DNA from: Macrostomum lignano
Taxonomy: Eukaryota
Length of the DNA: 64,000 nucleotides
NCBI GenBank assembly: GCA_002269645.1
Contig: NIVC01002696.1
Location: 1-64,000, forward strand
Direction of reading: 5' to 3'
Positions within the stretch are counted from its first letter, which is position 1; every line of letters starts with the position of its first letter. Positions 48,671 through 60,379 of the stretch are shown piece after piece. The translations under genes and the position numbers were made by a program. Under the pieces are notes generated by a model. It worked only from the letters and a program-made list of their open reading frames with translations. It was not told where the DNA came from and ran no database searches.

Positions 48671-49980
48671 AGGCGCTATTTTTTGTCGCCCTGCAACAAA
48701 ATACATTTATGCAAAGCAGAAAAAATAAAAATAAGAGTAAAAAATAAGCAAAAAGTCTACATCTTGCATTTAAAATGTGGAGGGGCCAGACACCATTACT
48801 GCCCCCCCCACTTTTCAAGGTGGGGGGGGGGCCATGGCCCCACTGTCTCCCCCCGTTCCTACGCCTATGGAAACGCGTTCATAATTGTATAGAAGTAAAC
48901 ACAACAGAAACGGATGTTGATACGTACGCTCAAGTATATTATAGATTACAGTATGCAGTGCTGCTTTCTGATGAGGGTGGGTTTCACAAACGCGAAACTT
49001 CACAACCGCTAAAAAGACTGCCGTATATAAAAGTCCAGAAATTTTAGCGGTTATGAAGTTTCGCGTTTATGAAAGCAACACTCAGCTCTGTCTGCTGACA
49101 GGTCTTTCGAAAAGGAAAATTTAACAGAGGAAAAATCTAAAGAGATACTTGTGAGTGGAAATGCAGAGGAACACTGCCTTTTGTAGGTTAGGGATTCGGG
49201 AATGAGTACGCTAGTCTGGTTTCAGTATTTTTCCCCTATTTCCTATAACAGGTTTTATTTTCCTGCTATCTTCTGTTCACAAGTCAGAAAGACTTTCTAA
49301 CTCACTGGCCTCCAAGGGCCCTTTTATGAGTAAGTGAGGCTCACATCTCCGAATTCGCTCTGTACCGCAAATTATTCAAGATAGTGTATTTTCAAGTCCA
49401 GTCAAGCAAGAAAACTGGTTTAGTCGAAAAAATGCACAGTAATGCATAGTTAGAGCGGTGCAGGGATATCACTCGAGCAGTTTCTCTGTGTGCCGTTGTT
49501 AGGCAGCCATATCACCCCCCCCCCAAAGCATTGCTGCGAGTCTATACTGTGTCACGCGTCCGCAGGCTGCTGGCTTGGCCCTCAAACCTCGGCCTTTGTT
49601 ATTTTTTCTTTTGTGTAGAGCTGGTCTGGCTGGATAGCCCCGGTCGAGATGAGAGGAGGCCGTTGTTTTTTTCGCTTTGATGTATGAGCACAATTCCAGT
49701 GCTTCCATTCCCATGCAAAAGCTGGCCTCATCATTCATTCAAAAAACTATGATTCATCTTTTTCCTTCCACTCCAGTTGTCATCTTTAAAGCTCTCTGAA
49801 TTTTTTAGTTTGAGCGACTCACCCCCTATTGGTTGCCAAAATCCAGAACCAAAAACCAAAGCTAAAACGTTTTTGGTCGCGAGATTTGGTCAGAAGGGAA
49901 TGTTGAGTGGGTGGGGTAGAACCTCTACTACAGTATCTAAGAATGATAATATTGAAGTGGCCAGTCTATGATGGTCAGAC

Positions 49981-50105
49981 AATTGAATAGCTGGTCATTG
50001 TTGCGGTGCGAGCTTCTTTTGTGTGTAGCGCGATTAGATGGATAGCTAATAGAGAACCCCGAATTCCTGTGTTAGTCATCAAGCAAAGTTTGTCTACTTG
50101 CGAGC
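49981..50105 (-). repeat. Solo diverged copy of the Polinton 132-bp repeat unit
   Basis: Reverse complement contains GATGACTAACACAGGAATTCGGGGTT and AAGCTCGCACCGCAACAAT, identical to stretches of the internal repeat. Confidence 0.8.
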
Positions 50106-51412
50106 TGCCTAATTGACTCAGTTGGGGGTTTTCGGATTTCGGGCTTTCGTCACACCGCCATCAAATGAGGCCAATTTTCGAGTTGATCCCACAAAATTTC
50201 AGTTGATGATTAACGAATCTTTGACAATCACATCCAGTTTTTCACGCCATCAACTGACTTTTGCGACTGCAATCAACTGACATATGACAACTGACAACTG
50301 ACAACTGACTGAGGAGAATGACTGGTCTGGAGTTTAGAGGAGGGTGATGCAGGTTTTACAATTTGTTTGTAAAGATTTGCACATATCTCCAGCTGAGCCT
50401 AAATTGTACATATTTTCAGCACGTTTGAGAAAACTATTTTGTGCTTTAAATTCAATACCAGTGTACAGTCTATATCAGAGTACAAAGGCCAGCGCTCTTA
50501 TTGATATAACTGGCGCGTGCTAACGAGAAACCTAGCATATTGAACTTTTCTGATCGTCCTTTTTCCTGGTATTTCGATTGTCAGAGTGCCGAAGGTCGTA
50601 TAGAATAGGATTTTCTTGCACTTTGTTTACACCAGGGGTTCCAGTGGCAACCAAAGGGGAATAAAAAAGAAAAGAGATAGGTGAGAAGAGAGAAGAGATG
50701 AGAAGAGAGGAGAGAAGAGAGAAGAGCGCTGAAAGGAGACAAACATTGAGCGGGCCTAATTACTATTGTGGAGTTTCTAAGGCCGGAGTTTACCGACCCC
50801 CGGCTCATGTGATGAAAAATAATAAAATAGTTAGTAACCTGACTGGTGTGATGACCAATCAATTTTGAAGCGACAGTCAGACTAGACGGAGAGTGTTAAA
50901 ATAGAGTGGCTTGAGTTGAGTTTTGCATGTTGCGCAACTTGGAGTGCTGTGTAAGAGGCAAACGATCATTGTACAGCGTTTTAGTTGATCAACTGGCCCT
51001 CGCGTTATTGACTTTGTCGCTGAATTTGAAAATTTTCTAAGTTAGCTGAGATTTCAAGTGATCACAGGCAAATTTAGAAATTCTGTGACTGTGTGGTCAA
51101 ACGAGTTGTTTGACTTGGTCTTTCATTTGATTGCAGTGTGAATGAGCCTTTGAGAAATGAGAAATGGTGCTTATGGTGTGCGTTTGTTTGTTTTGTGTTT
51201 GGTAACTACGGTTTGTTCTTGTTGTGTACAAATCTAAAACACCATTAAAGCCAAATTGTTGTCTTTTGTAGAAGCATTGTATGGCTAGAGTAAATAAGGT
51301 ACAAGTCATACTCGTAATGTTTATGCATACAAGGTAGCTTGGAAAGATGAATGATGGTGTATGAAGGGGTATGATTGGTTTATTGAAGGGCGTTACGCGA
51401 TAGAATAAATGA

Positions 51413-51666
51413 CTATTATTAAATTAGATGGTACTTTTAAAATGTTTATACCTAAAAATAGATTATTTTAACCCACGAATCAGACATTTCCTATGGTTTT
51501 AATGGTCACGAAATTGCGCAAAAAGAAATTTTTCAAAAATTTTGGAAATTCACTAAAATCGCTGTTTTTAGAGCATTTTCACCTGTTTTTAGTCGATTTT
51601 CATCTGTTTTTGGTCATTTTTTTGAAATTTTAGCGCTTAAACTACTTTTTCCTATACTATACTACT
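51413..51666. mobile_element. Degenerate TIR/terminus of a related Polinton-derived element
   Basis: Collinear similarity to TIR segment about 47917-48125 (e.g. AAAATCGCTGTTTT, CATTTTCACCTGTTTTTAGTC); ends ...TATACTACT. Confidence 0.65.
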
Positions 51667-51901
51667 GTCATAGATGTCGATAGACGTTGGGAACGTCGGC
51701 TCAGACATCTTCGAGGTCAGATTGCAGTACGGGCTAGGTACAATGTCCAAAATTGGGTCTATTCAGCTTCCGAGTAAAGATTCAGATCTACAAAAGGAAA
51801 GAGAGAAGACAGAGAGGACAGAGAAAATTGGCATGGGTTCATTCACATGCGTTACTCTTTCTCTGAAATAACGGGGTGGCTCCATTGATTAGGGCAACCA
51901 A

Positions 51902-51959
51902 CCAATGACAAGACACAGCTGTGTGAGTTGGTACCTTGTATCCAGTCCGTACTATATAA
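51902..51959 (+). promoter_or_regulatory. CCAAT box (51902) and TATA box (TATATAA, 51953) upstream of the 2111-aa ORF
   Basis: Motifs 90-150 bp upstream of ATG 52048. Confidence 0.4.
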
Positions 51960-52047
51960 GAGCCCTTTCTGTTTCATTTTTATGCTGCGAAAGGAAGAAG
52001 GAAGGTAATGCTACATTGTCGATGGTTTTGAAGTCAGACAATGAGAC

Positions 52048-55000
52048 ATGTCCAATGAACCCGAGCAGATTGAGCTGCGGCTTCACTACCGCGTGGAGAC
52101 GCAGTCGGTCGATGCAGAGTCTAAATGTGTCGTCTCGCTAGCAGGTAAGAAGTACCAGCTTCATCAAAAAGACACTCTTGAAGGTGGAAAAGTGTTTGTC
52201 ACAGCTGATTTTGATGTCGGATTGCAAGCTGAAAGAGACGAGTCGGCGGTTCCGTGCCTGCAAGCCGAAATGAGGTCCGGTGGAGAATTCCTGATTCTGC
52301 CTGACAGAACCCCGTTGGAGTTCGCAGTGACCGTCAATAGTCAGAGTGAGCTGAAATTTTCTAAAGAGAATGTAATAAAAATTTTAAATGGGCAACATGC
52401 ACTGAACAACGTTGTGGAAGTTCTCGTGTTAATTGTTGAGAGACAAAACACGTGGACGGTGTCTGCACATCAAGTAATACCTGTGCAGCTGCAGTTTCGA
52501 GCTCTCGCTCATTCAGGCGTCGAGGTTTTTGTGCTCGGCAACTGTGAGGAGCTGTGTCAGCAGACGCATCAAAACAGAATGGTTGCTGACGGCAGCGGTG
52601 TAAAGCTTCAAGGTGCACTTCGCGTGAGGCTCGCGTGTCTTGGAAAAAGCTACACTGCGTACAGGTATTCGGACCAACAGATTGAAACTTCCGAGACTGT
52701 GAATCAGGGCGAAGACAAAAGCATCCGCACACCAGATGGAGATCCTCTGAAGGTTCGCCTGAAGGTAAACGACGAGCTGAACGAGTTGCATGACGACATG
52801 CCAAGCCAAACAGTGCCGCTGTCGTGTGAGTCATCAGAGTCCATGCTGCAGAGCTCAGGATTCATTGTCGACTTCGACCATGTGGGCGTGAACGTCCACC
52901 AGATCGTAAACTGGAGAGTCAGCTTCTTTGTAGACGGCCTGGAAGATCAGGTCACTGACATCAGGTTGACTGGCCTGTGTGAAACCGAACTGAAACTTTC
53001 CAAGAAAGAAAATTCAGCATGGCACACTGACTGCCTGCTTGTAGTAGCTACCGCTGAAGATTGCCGCGGTGACTGGCTGCTGAAGACACTGGATGGCGAA
53101 TATTTTGAGTGCGAGATGACGGTGACAGTTGAAGAAAAGCCTGAAAAGACGAAACTGAAAATGAGTTTGTACCCTCGAGTGAGTAAAGTATGGCTTAACA
53201 CGAAATTCGAGGCTCACGTGACCCTTTGGCAAAACAAAGATACGAACTCCGAGTTTTCAGAGTCCGAGTCTTCAGACCCGCCCATATTCTTCAGCCTTGA
53301 AATGCGTCAGTTTGACTGCGATTTTCTATCTTGGCGAAGGGACTCGGTGCTGAAAAACCTATTCGATACAGTTACTAGAGAGACAGTTAAGAGACAGCTA
53401 CAGCTGGAAAGAAAACCCATTGACTTCGATACCGTCAAATCTATTTACGCTCAGCTGCTGGTGCCTCTTATCAAAAAGGACGGCTCATACGACGGCAGAA
53501 CCAAGGAAACGTCTGGAAATCCCTCCAAGTGGCACAACATCTGGGGAGAAGCTGACGGAACAGACTCAGTTGGCAATCCAAACCAAACAAAAGAGTCCGC
53601 CATTCAGTGCGTGCACAGAATCGTCAGTGATTCAACGTTGACTGTTGAAGAAGCGAGGAATTTGGTATTTAACAGACTGCGAAAAGCGTACAGTAACCGA
53701 GAGAAGAAAGTTTATGAACTACTCGGTGTCACAGAAGACTTGGATGCTGTGACAGAAGAGCAGCTGCTAGCAGCAGAGCAGCACTCCAAGTCTCTACTTG
53801 AACACGCAGCCGCTATCGTTCGAGGTCGGATGGAAGCAGCTCTGGTGCTGCCCAAGAAGACTGACAGAGAGTCGCACGTGGGAGAAGCAATCGAATGGTT
53901 TGTGTTTCTCATGCGAATCTGGTGCAGATTTAGACACCAGAATCCCAGTGGCAATGAGCCGGAGCGGTTCAGGGAGTTGATTACCGAAGATCAGAAGTCA
54001 CCATCTGATATCGTTGCTGCAGACACTAAAATCTACACCACGAAGGACACCAAGGCTTCATCAGCGGCTTTTGATCGCGTTAAGATTTTTAGCAAATTTA
54101 CAAACGCTCTCACCAGATACCATCTCAGCAGTCGAGGCTTACCTATTCGCTTTGTCGACGTCAAATCTACGTACGCTCAGCTGCTGGTGCCTCTTATCAA
54201 AAAGGACGGCTCATACGACGGCAGAACCAAGAAAACGTCTGGAAATCCATCCAAGTGGCACAACATCTGGGGAGAAGCTGACGGAACAGACCCAGTTGGC
54301 AATCCCAACCAAACAAAAGAGTCCGCCATTCAGTGTGTGCACAGAATCGTCAGCGATTCAACGTTGAATGTTGAAGACGCAAGGAATTTGGTATTTAACA
54401 GACTGCAAAAAACATACATTAATCGAGAGGAGAATGTCTTCAAACTACTCGGGGTCACAGAAGACTTGAATGCTGTGACGGAACAGCAGCTGCTTGCAGC
54501 AGAGCAGCACTACAAGTCGCTGCTTGAACACGCAGCCGCTATCGTTCGCGGTCGAATGGAAGCAGCTCTGGTGCTGCCCATGGAGACTGATAGAGAGTCG
54601 CACGTGGGAGAAGCAACCGAATGGTTTGTGTTTCTCATGCGAGTCTGGTGGAGATTCAGAAAGCTGAATCCCAGTGGCGACGAGCAGTATCGGTTCAGAG
54701 AGTCGATTACTGAAGTTCAGAAGTCACCAGCTGATGTCGTTGCTGCAGGCACTTTGACCTACAGCACTAAGGACACCAAAGCTTCATCACCGACTTTTGA
54801 TCGCGTTGAGATTCTAAACGAATTTACAAACGCTCTCACCAGATACCATCTTAGCAGTCGAGGCTCACCCATTCGCTTTGTCGACGTCAAATCTACGTAC
54901 GCTCAGCTGCTGGTGCCTCTTATCAAAAAGGACGGCTCATACGACGGCAGAACCAAGGAAACGTCTGGAAATCCTTCCAGGTGGCACAACATCTGGGGAG

Positions 55001-58000
55001 AAGCTGACGGAACAGACTCAGTTGGCAATCCCAACCAAACAAAAGAGTCCGCCATTCAGTGCGTGCACAGAATCGTCAGCGATTCAACGTTGAATGTTGA
55101 AGAAGCGAGGAATTCGGTATTTACCAGACTGCGAAAAACGTACAGTATTCGAGGCGAGAAAGTCTTTGAACTACTCGGTGTCACAGAAGACTTGGATGCT
55201 GTGACAGAAGAGCAGCTTCTAGCAGCAGAGCAGCACTACAAGTCTCTGCTTGAACACGCAGCCGCTATCGTTCGTGGTCGGATGGAAGCAGCTCTGGTGC
55301 TGCCCAAGAAGACTGATAGAGAGTCGCACATGGGAGAAGCAACCGAATGGTTTGTGTTTCTCATGCGAGTCTGGTGCAGATTCAGGCAGCTGGATCCCAG
55401 TGGCGATGAGCAAGAGCGGTTCAGGGAGTCGATTTCAGAGCCGTCTGCTGCTTCAGCATCAATGAGTGACCCGGACAGCTTAAAACCACCGGAGAAAGTG
55501 CAACAGTTGCTGCAGCTGAGCTTTCAATTTGATGGGAACGCTGTCAGAGAAAGAGCTGTGGTTGAATTTGATGGAGAAACTTTCTCAACGTCTAAGATCG
55601 TAAAAGTACAAGACGCTCAGCGGAAAGATGCAGTGTGGACTAGAAATGGTGAAGCCATTAAATTCAAAGCAAAGACAAAGTCATCAGACGAATTCGAAGA
55701 ATTTCAGCTGGCATGTTCCGAAGACTTCAATTTTGTAGAAGAAGTCATTTCGTACAAGATTATAGTTACAAACAAGGTGCAAATTCTGCGCCAAATGCCG
55801 GACCAGGTTGGCGAACGGATCGGCGACTTTGTCGTCAAAGTTTGCAAAGGTGAGGTGGCAGTCGAGCAGTTCACTTCCATCACCCTCCGGTTCAAGGTCG
55901 AACACTGCGAAGGCATGTCGGCAGTCTGGGTTTCGAACTTGAGTATTGGGAATCTGCATTTGAGACTTGATGATCAAAAGCGTGAGTGGCAGTCACCCGT
56001 TCATGTACCTCTTGTTTATATAGACTCAAAACAAAATTTTAAGGTTCAGCCACTTGTGCAAGCAGTGATCAACAACAAGTTGTACAACTGCAGCCTCAGC
56101 ATGCAGAAAGACAAACCGGATGGAGCCCAGCTGGTCACTGATGGAGCTGACCTCATCGCAACCGTATCTGAGTTGCCGACAGAGGATAAAAAGTGGGACA
56201 TTTGCGAATGCACTCACGAATCAGAAGACTCACTTATGCCAGTGGAAGTGCATCTCAGAGTAAGAGGAAAGTTGGAAAATCGTACAGTGGAACTCATAAG
56301 TCAGAAAGGAAATTCAGTAACGGCAGGAGAGTCCATGTCAGTGGCGACTAGAGTCCTGCCAGATGGAAGTATTTCGGGACTCAATGAGTTAAAGGTAGTG
56401 ATTGACGAGCAGCCAGTAGCAGTTGAGCAGAAATTGATAGGTGCGACGGTGTCTAAGGTTGTGGTTCTCGTTTACCTGGACTGTAGCCAGCCAATCGCTC
56501 ATATTCTGCCTGTGATAGACGTGCCAATGGTATTCTCAGCAGAGGAAGAAGGCGTTCATGTGCTCAGCAACTGCCCCGAACTCGGCCACGAACCTACTAG
56601 CTCAAACAAGCTGACCAAAGACAGCAGCGCGGGTCGGTGGGTCAAATGGCAGCGACTCCAGTTGGCAGTCATCAACGGGGAATTCAAAATTCTTGACGGC
56701 CAGCCTGTGACTGTGTGGAGACGAAAAAATAGAAAAAAAGTGCACCATTGGCCTCTGCGGCTGCTGTGCCACAATTCAGCAGCATCTGAAATTGGATTCA
56801 GCATCCAGTTTAATAAGGACACAGCCGAACCGATGGTACACAGATCCGTTCGCACCCTGCTGCAGATCCGTGCCGGACATCAGGAGGGCATGACGTCCCT
56901 GTGCGCTAAGGGTGTCGTTTTGACGGACAGTCCGTTCAGCTATGAAAGTGAGCCGTGCGTCATTCATAGCTTCGCCAAAGAAGGCTGCAAAGACTGCAGT
57001 AGCAAAGACAGAGAGTTCTGGGACGGCACAGTCGAGCTGGCGGTTGCTGTGCCCGTGCCTACAGAGGGAATGGGCTTTGAACTGCGGCATCCAGATGGTC
57101 GCAGTTTGGAGTTCGAACTACACGCTGAAAAGAGCAATAAAGCAAAGAGAATGCCGGTGCATTTTGTGCTGAAAGTGGAGAGCCCGATTCAGCATGTTGC
57201 TTTCTTTTGCGAGGAACTTGTGTATAAAAATCCGGTCACGGATATTGAGAAAAGGGAGCTAGAAGAGCATTTTAGCAAGCTTGCAAAAGGAGAGGGGATG
57301 TTTCAAACTTTAAAGGAAAGGTTTTTTCCTGAAAATGATTCCAACCAACCAAACTGTCCACCAGTTTCGCTAAGAGACATATTGCAAATGAAGGAGGAGC
57401 CGACAAGTAAAAAAGCAAAAAATACGGCTACAAAAATGTCTCCGCGTAACGCAAAGAATACAAAGAAAATCAACGACAAGTTGAAAAGGAACCCGGAACT
57501 TTCTGAAGAATTCAAGCTTAGAAAAATAGTATTTGACCTTCTTGTGCCAAGATTCAAACGTTGCGGCGCATACGCTGAGCCTACATGTGACAATCCTGAG
57601 TTTCATACATGTATTTGGGCTTCAGTGAAGGATGTCGCGAAAGCGCTGGGTGAATTGCAGCAAAGGAATATGGAAAACGGTACAGTCAATGACATAGAAG
57701 AGGATAAACTACAGAAACTGGAAAGCTTTTTGCGGAGTGAGAAATTATTTGAACCAAGATGCTTCAAACTTAATGACGCTGTCGCATGCAGCAGCAGTGC
57801 GCAATATCTTTTGAGGAGAGTTGAACATCCATTTGGTTGGCAGCACTTGCAAAATGACCCACTTGGCGTCAATGCGACACTGGCCGCAAAACAAATCAGG
57901 AGGCGGCTGAGAACGCTTTACCATTTGAAGAGACAGCGAGAAATCTTTGAAAAATTAAACATCGACTTGGAAGGCATTAACGACTATTTTGATATTGTTC

Positions 58001-58383
58001 CCCTATTGTGGGAGCGATGCGTCCAATTGCGTAATCCACGCCACCTATTGAAGCCAGCGTTAGAAGAGCTCTTCAAATTCCTGATTTCGACCGCCGCAGC
58101 GATCGCCCGTGGCAGAGCTGAAGCCCACATGCTGCCGCTGGTCGCTACTGATGAAAATCATTTACGCGCTGCGGTAGCGTGGTTGGAGTGCACATTCAAT
58201 GCTTTCAGGGAGTATTTGCGGGAAAATACTCAGTCGAAGTTGGACTTGGCTGATGAAATAGAAGGTCTCTTAAAAGAAAGCAACTGCCCGGAACCGAACT
58301 TTTACAACTGGCCCTGCACATGCAAGCTACCTTGCTGCAAAAACAACTCATCACCCAAAAAACCAAGAAAACCCAAAAAGTGA
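52048..58383 (+). CDS. Large single-exon orphan protein (2111 aa) with three recent 242-aa repeats and an older whole-module duplication
   Basis: Uninterrupted 6.3-kb ORF; repeat anchors at 53449, 54175 and 54901 (726-bp spacing); weak CBM20-like motifs (VFVLGNCEEL, VHVLSNCPELG). Confidence 0.85.
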   Translation: MSNEPEQIELRLHYRVETQSVDAESKCVVSLAGKKYQLHQKDTLEGGKVFVTADFDVGLQAERDESAVPCLQAEMRSGGEFLILPDRTPLEFAVTVNSQSELKFSKENVIKILNGQHALNNVVEVLVLIVERQNTWTVSAHQVIPVQLQFRALAHSGVEVFVLGNCEELCQQTHQNRMVADGSGVKLQGALRVRLACLGKSYTAYRYSDQQIETSETVNQGEDKSIRTPDGDPLKVRLKVNDELNELHDDMPSQTVPLSCESSESMLQSSGFIVDFDHVGVNVHQIVNWRVSFFVDGLEDQVTDIRLTGLCETELKLSKKENSAWHTDCLLVVATAEDCRGDWLLKTLDGEYFECEMTVTVEEKPEKTKLKMSLYPRVSKVWLNTKFEAHVTLWQNKDTNSEFSESESSDPPIFFSLEMRQFDCDFLSWRRDSVLKNLFDTVTRETVKRQLQLERKPIDFDTVKSIYAQLLVPLIKKDGSYDGRTKETSGNPSKWHNIWGEADGTDSVGNPNQTKESAIQCVHRIVSDSTLTVEEARNLVFNRLRKAYSNREKKVYELLGVTEDLDAVTEEQLLAAEQHSKSLLEHAAAIVRGRMEAALVLPKKTDRESHVGEAIEWFVFLMRIWCRFRHQNPSGNEPERFRELITEDQKSPSDIVAADTKIYTTKDTKASSAAFDRVKIFSKFTNALTRYHLSSRGLPIRFVDVKSTYAQLLVPLIKKDGSYDGRTKKTSGNPSKWHNIWGEADGTDPVGNPNQTKESAIQCVHRIVSDSTLNVEDARNLVFNRLQKTYINREENVFKLLGVTEDLNAVTEQQLLAAEQHYKSLLEHAAAIVRGRMEAALVLPMETDRESHVGEATEWFVFLMRVWWRFRKLNPSGDEQYRFRESITEVQKSPADVVAAGTLTYSTKDTKASSPTFDRVEILNEFTNALTRYHLSSRGSPIRFVDVKSTYAQLLVPLIKKDGSYDGRTKETSGNPSRWHNIWGEADGTDSVGNPNQTKESAIQCVHRIVSDSTLNVEEARNSVFTRLRKTYSIRGEKVFELLGVTEDLDAVTEEQLLAAEQHYKSLLEHAAAIVRGRMEAALVLPKKTDRESHMGEATEWFVFLMRVWCRFRQLDPSGDEQERFRESISEPSAASASMSDPDSLKPPEKVQQLLQLSFQFDGNAVRERAVVEFDGETFSTSKIVKVQDAQRKDAVWTRNGEAIKFKAKTKSSDEFEEFQLACSEDFNFVEEVISYKIIVTNKVQILRQMPDQVGERIGDFVVKVCKGEVAVEQFTSITLRFKVEHCEGMSAVWVSNLSIGNLHLRLDDQKREWQSPVHVPLVYIDSKQNFKVQPLVQAVINNKLYNCSLSMQKDKPDGAQLVTDGADLIATVSELPTEDKKWDICECTHESEDSLMPVEVHLRVRGKLENRTVELISQKGNSVTAGESMSVATRVLPDGSISGLNELKVVIDEQPVAVEQKLIGATVSKVVVLVYLDCSQPIAHILPVIDVPMVFSAEEEGVHVLSNCPELGHEPTSSNKLTKDSSAGRWVKWQRLQLAVINGEFKILDGQPVTVWRRKNRKKVHHWPLRLLCHNSAASEIGFSIQFNKDTAEPMVHRSVRTLLQIRAGHQEGMTSLCAKGVVLTDSPFSYESEPCVIHSFAKEGCKDCSSKDREFWDGTVELAVAVPVPTEGMGFELRHPDGRSLEFELHAEKSNKAKRMPVHFVLKVESPIQHVAFFCEELVYKNPVTDIEKRELEEHFSKLAKGEGMFQTLKERFFPENDSNQPNCPPVSLRDILQMKEEPTSKKAKNTATKMSPRNAKNTKKINDKLKRNPELSEEFKLRKIVFDLLVPRFKRCGAYAEPTCDNPEFHTCIWASVKDVAKALGELQQRNMENGTVNDIEEDKLQKLESFLRSEKLFEPRCFKLNDAVACSSSAQYLLRRVEHPFGWQHLQNDPLGVNATLAAKQIRRRLRTLYHLKRQREIFEKLNIDLEGINDYFDIVPLLWERCVQLRNPRHLLKPALEELFKFLISTAAAIARGRAEAHMLPLVATDENHLRAAVAWLECTFNAFREYLRENTQSKLDLADEIEGLLKESNCPEPNFYNWPCTCKLPCCKNNSSPKKPRKPKK

Positions 58384-58989
58384 CGAAACGACACAAGCGA
58401 AAGCGCTAAAATTTCTTTGGAAAAACTTTCTTTTTAAAGGAAAGCGCTTTTTGCTTACGCTTTGACAATTTTTTATTACAAATATTCTAGCAGCGAAAAC
58501 TACTCGAGGTAATATTTGTTTATTCTTATAACGGAAGATATGACTATGACGTCATCTTTTTTCAAATGGTAATTCTATCCAAATTTATAATCTTACGTTT
58601 TCGTGTTTTATCTACAATCTTTCTTAAGCGCAACTACATATATCCAGATAGCATGTGACAGAATATCCTTGACAACATTATCCTGATATTGATAAGTGGC
58701 CCTAGAGGCTGAACTTTCTACTGATTAGTAGTGCAGACTTCATCTGTCTGTACGCGGCACTGACATTTCTCAGAAATCAAAGTCATCTCTTCCAGCTGCT
58801 CTTGCTGACTAAATTCTCAAACTGACTTTGCTCACTTTTGCATCCTGCCTTGCACTCTGTGCCGGTAAACTGACTGTCAGTCTGTCAGTTTTACTATGTC
58901 AAGAATCCTCTGTCACTGCCATATTGATGTTTGAGCCGTTTAAAAAACAAAAAAAATTGCCTTGTTTTACTGGATTCACTTGTTTTGAC

Positions 58990-59510
58990 TTTTTGATTCA
59001 CGTTATAATCCCTGAGTTTTGTGCTGCTCTCCCTGATTCAGTATGATTTGGTTTTTGATTCACGTTTTAATCCCTGAGTTTTGTGCTGCTGTCCCTGATT
59101 CAATATGATTTGGTTTTTGATTCACGTTTTAGCCCTGAGTTTTGTGCTGCCTTCCCTGATTCAATATGATTTGGTTTTTGATTCACGTTTTAGCCCTGAG
59201 TTTTGTGCTGCCTTCCCTGATTCAATATGATTTGGTTTTTGATTCACGTTTTAGCCCTGAGTTTTGTGCTGCTCTCCCTGATTCAATATGATTTGGTTTT
59301 TGATTCACGTTATAATCCCTGAGTTTTGTGCTGCTCTCCCTGATTCAATATGATTTGGTTTTTGATTCACGTTTTACCCCTGAGTTTTGTGCATCCTTTT
59401 CTTAATTCAATGTCATTTTTTTCGTTTATTCTCTCTTTAATCCAAATGTTTTGTGCTGCTTTCTCTGATTAAAAATAATTTTGGTTTTTGATTCACGTTT
59501 TCGTTTTTTG
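58990..59510. repeat. 61-bp tandem repeat, about 8 copies
   Basis: TTTTGATTCACGTTTTAGCCCTGAGTTTTGTGCTGC... units. Confidence 0.9.
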
Positions 59511-59597
59511 CACTTGCTAAGCCTATATAATCCATTCGCTTTACAAAACATTTATTCGAAAAAAACTAATCCTCATGGCTTTTTGTAAACTCTTTTG

Positions 59598-59910
<313 letters not shown>

Positions 59911-60379
59911 GTTATTGTTATGATTGAAGTTAACACAACACTGTGAAAGGCGCAGTTCTGTGAGCACGAGTAGCTTTTGTTAGCAATATGAGACAGCTAA
60001 GTCCAGCTGATATGAGTCCAGCTGAGACATATAATCGGCTTATTTGTGGCAAGCATGGATACTCTCTACCTGTTGTTCTTCTTACTACTTTACTAAGCAA
60101 TAAAGTTCTGCATAATTATAATTGATAGTTTTGGGTAGTTGCCTTCACGCTCCCCAAACGTAAATGCTAAAACAATTTATAAAACAAGCTAGAAAAGAAA
60201 CGTTTGATTTGCAATGCAGATAAGAAAATACAACAAAAACAAAAAATGCCGCTGAGCGAGACAAAAGAAAGGGAGAGAAGGAGAGCCGGGGAGAAGGGAG
60301 GAGGAAAGAGGGAGACAAAGAGGGAGAGAGAAGAGGGAAGAGAAGAGAGGGAGAGAAATAGGAAGAGGAGAAGAGGAGA

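Larger units (their letters stand above)
29394..48869. mobile_element. Non-autonomous hAT-like DNA transposon (about 1.66 kb without the Polinton) that hosts the Polinton
   Basis: Ends CATAGACGT (29394) and ACGCCTATG (48869; reverse complement CATAGGCGT); G-rich subterminal tracts; identical 8-bp flank GAAACGCG at 29386-29393 and 48870-48877. Confidence 0.7.

Noticed and set aside
52048-58383. 2111-aa ORF as part of the Polinton
   Set aside because: Outside the TIR and TSD, higher GC, and contains GGNCC (e.g. 52671)
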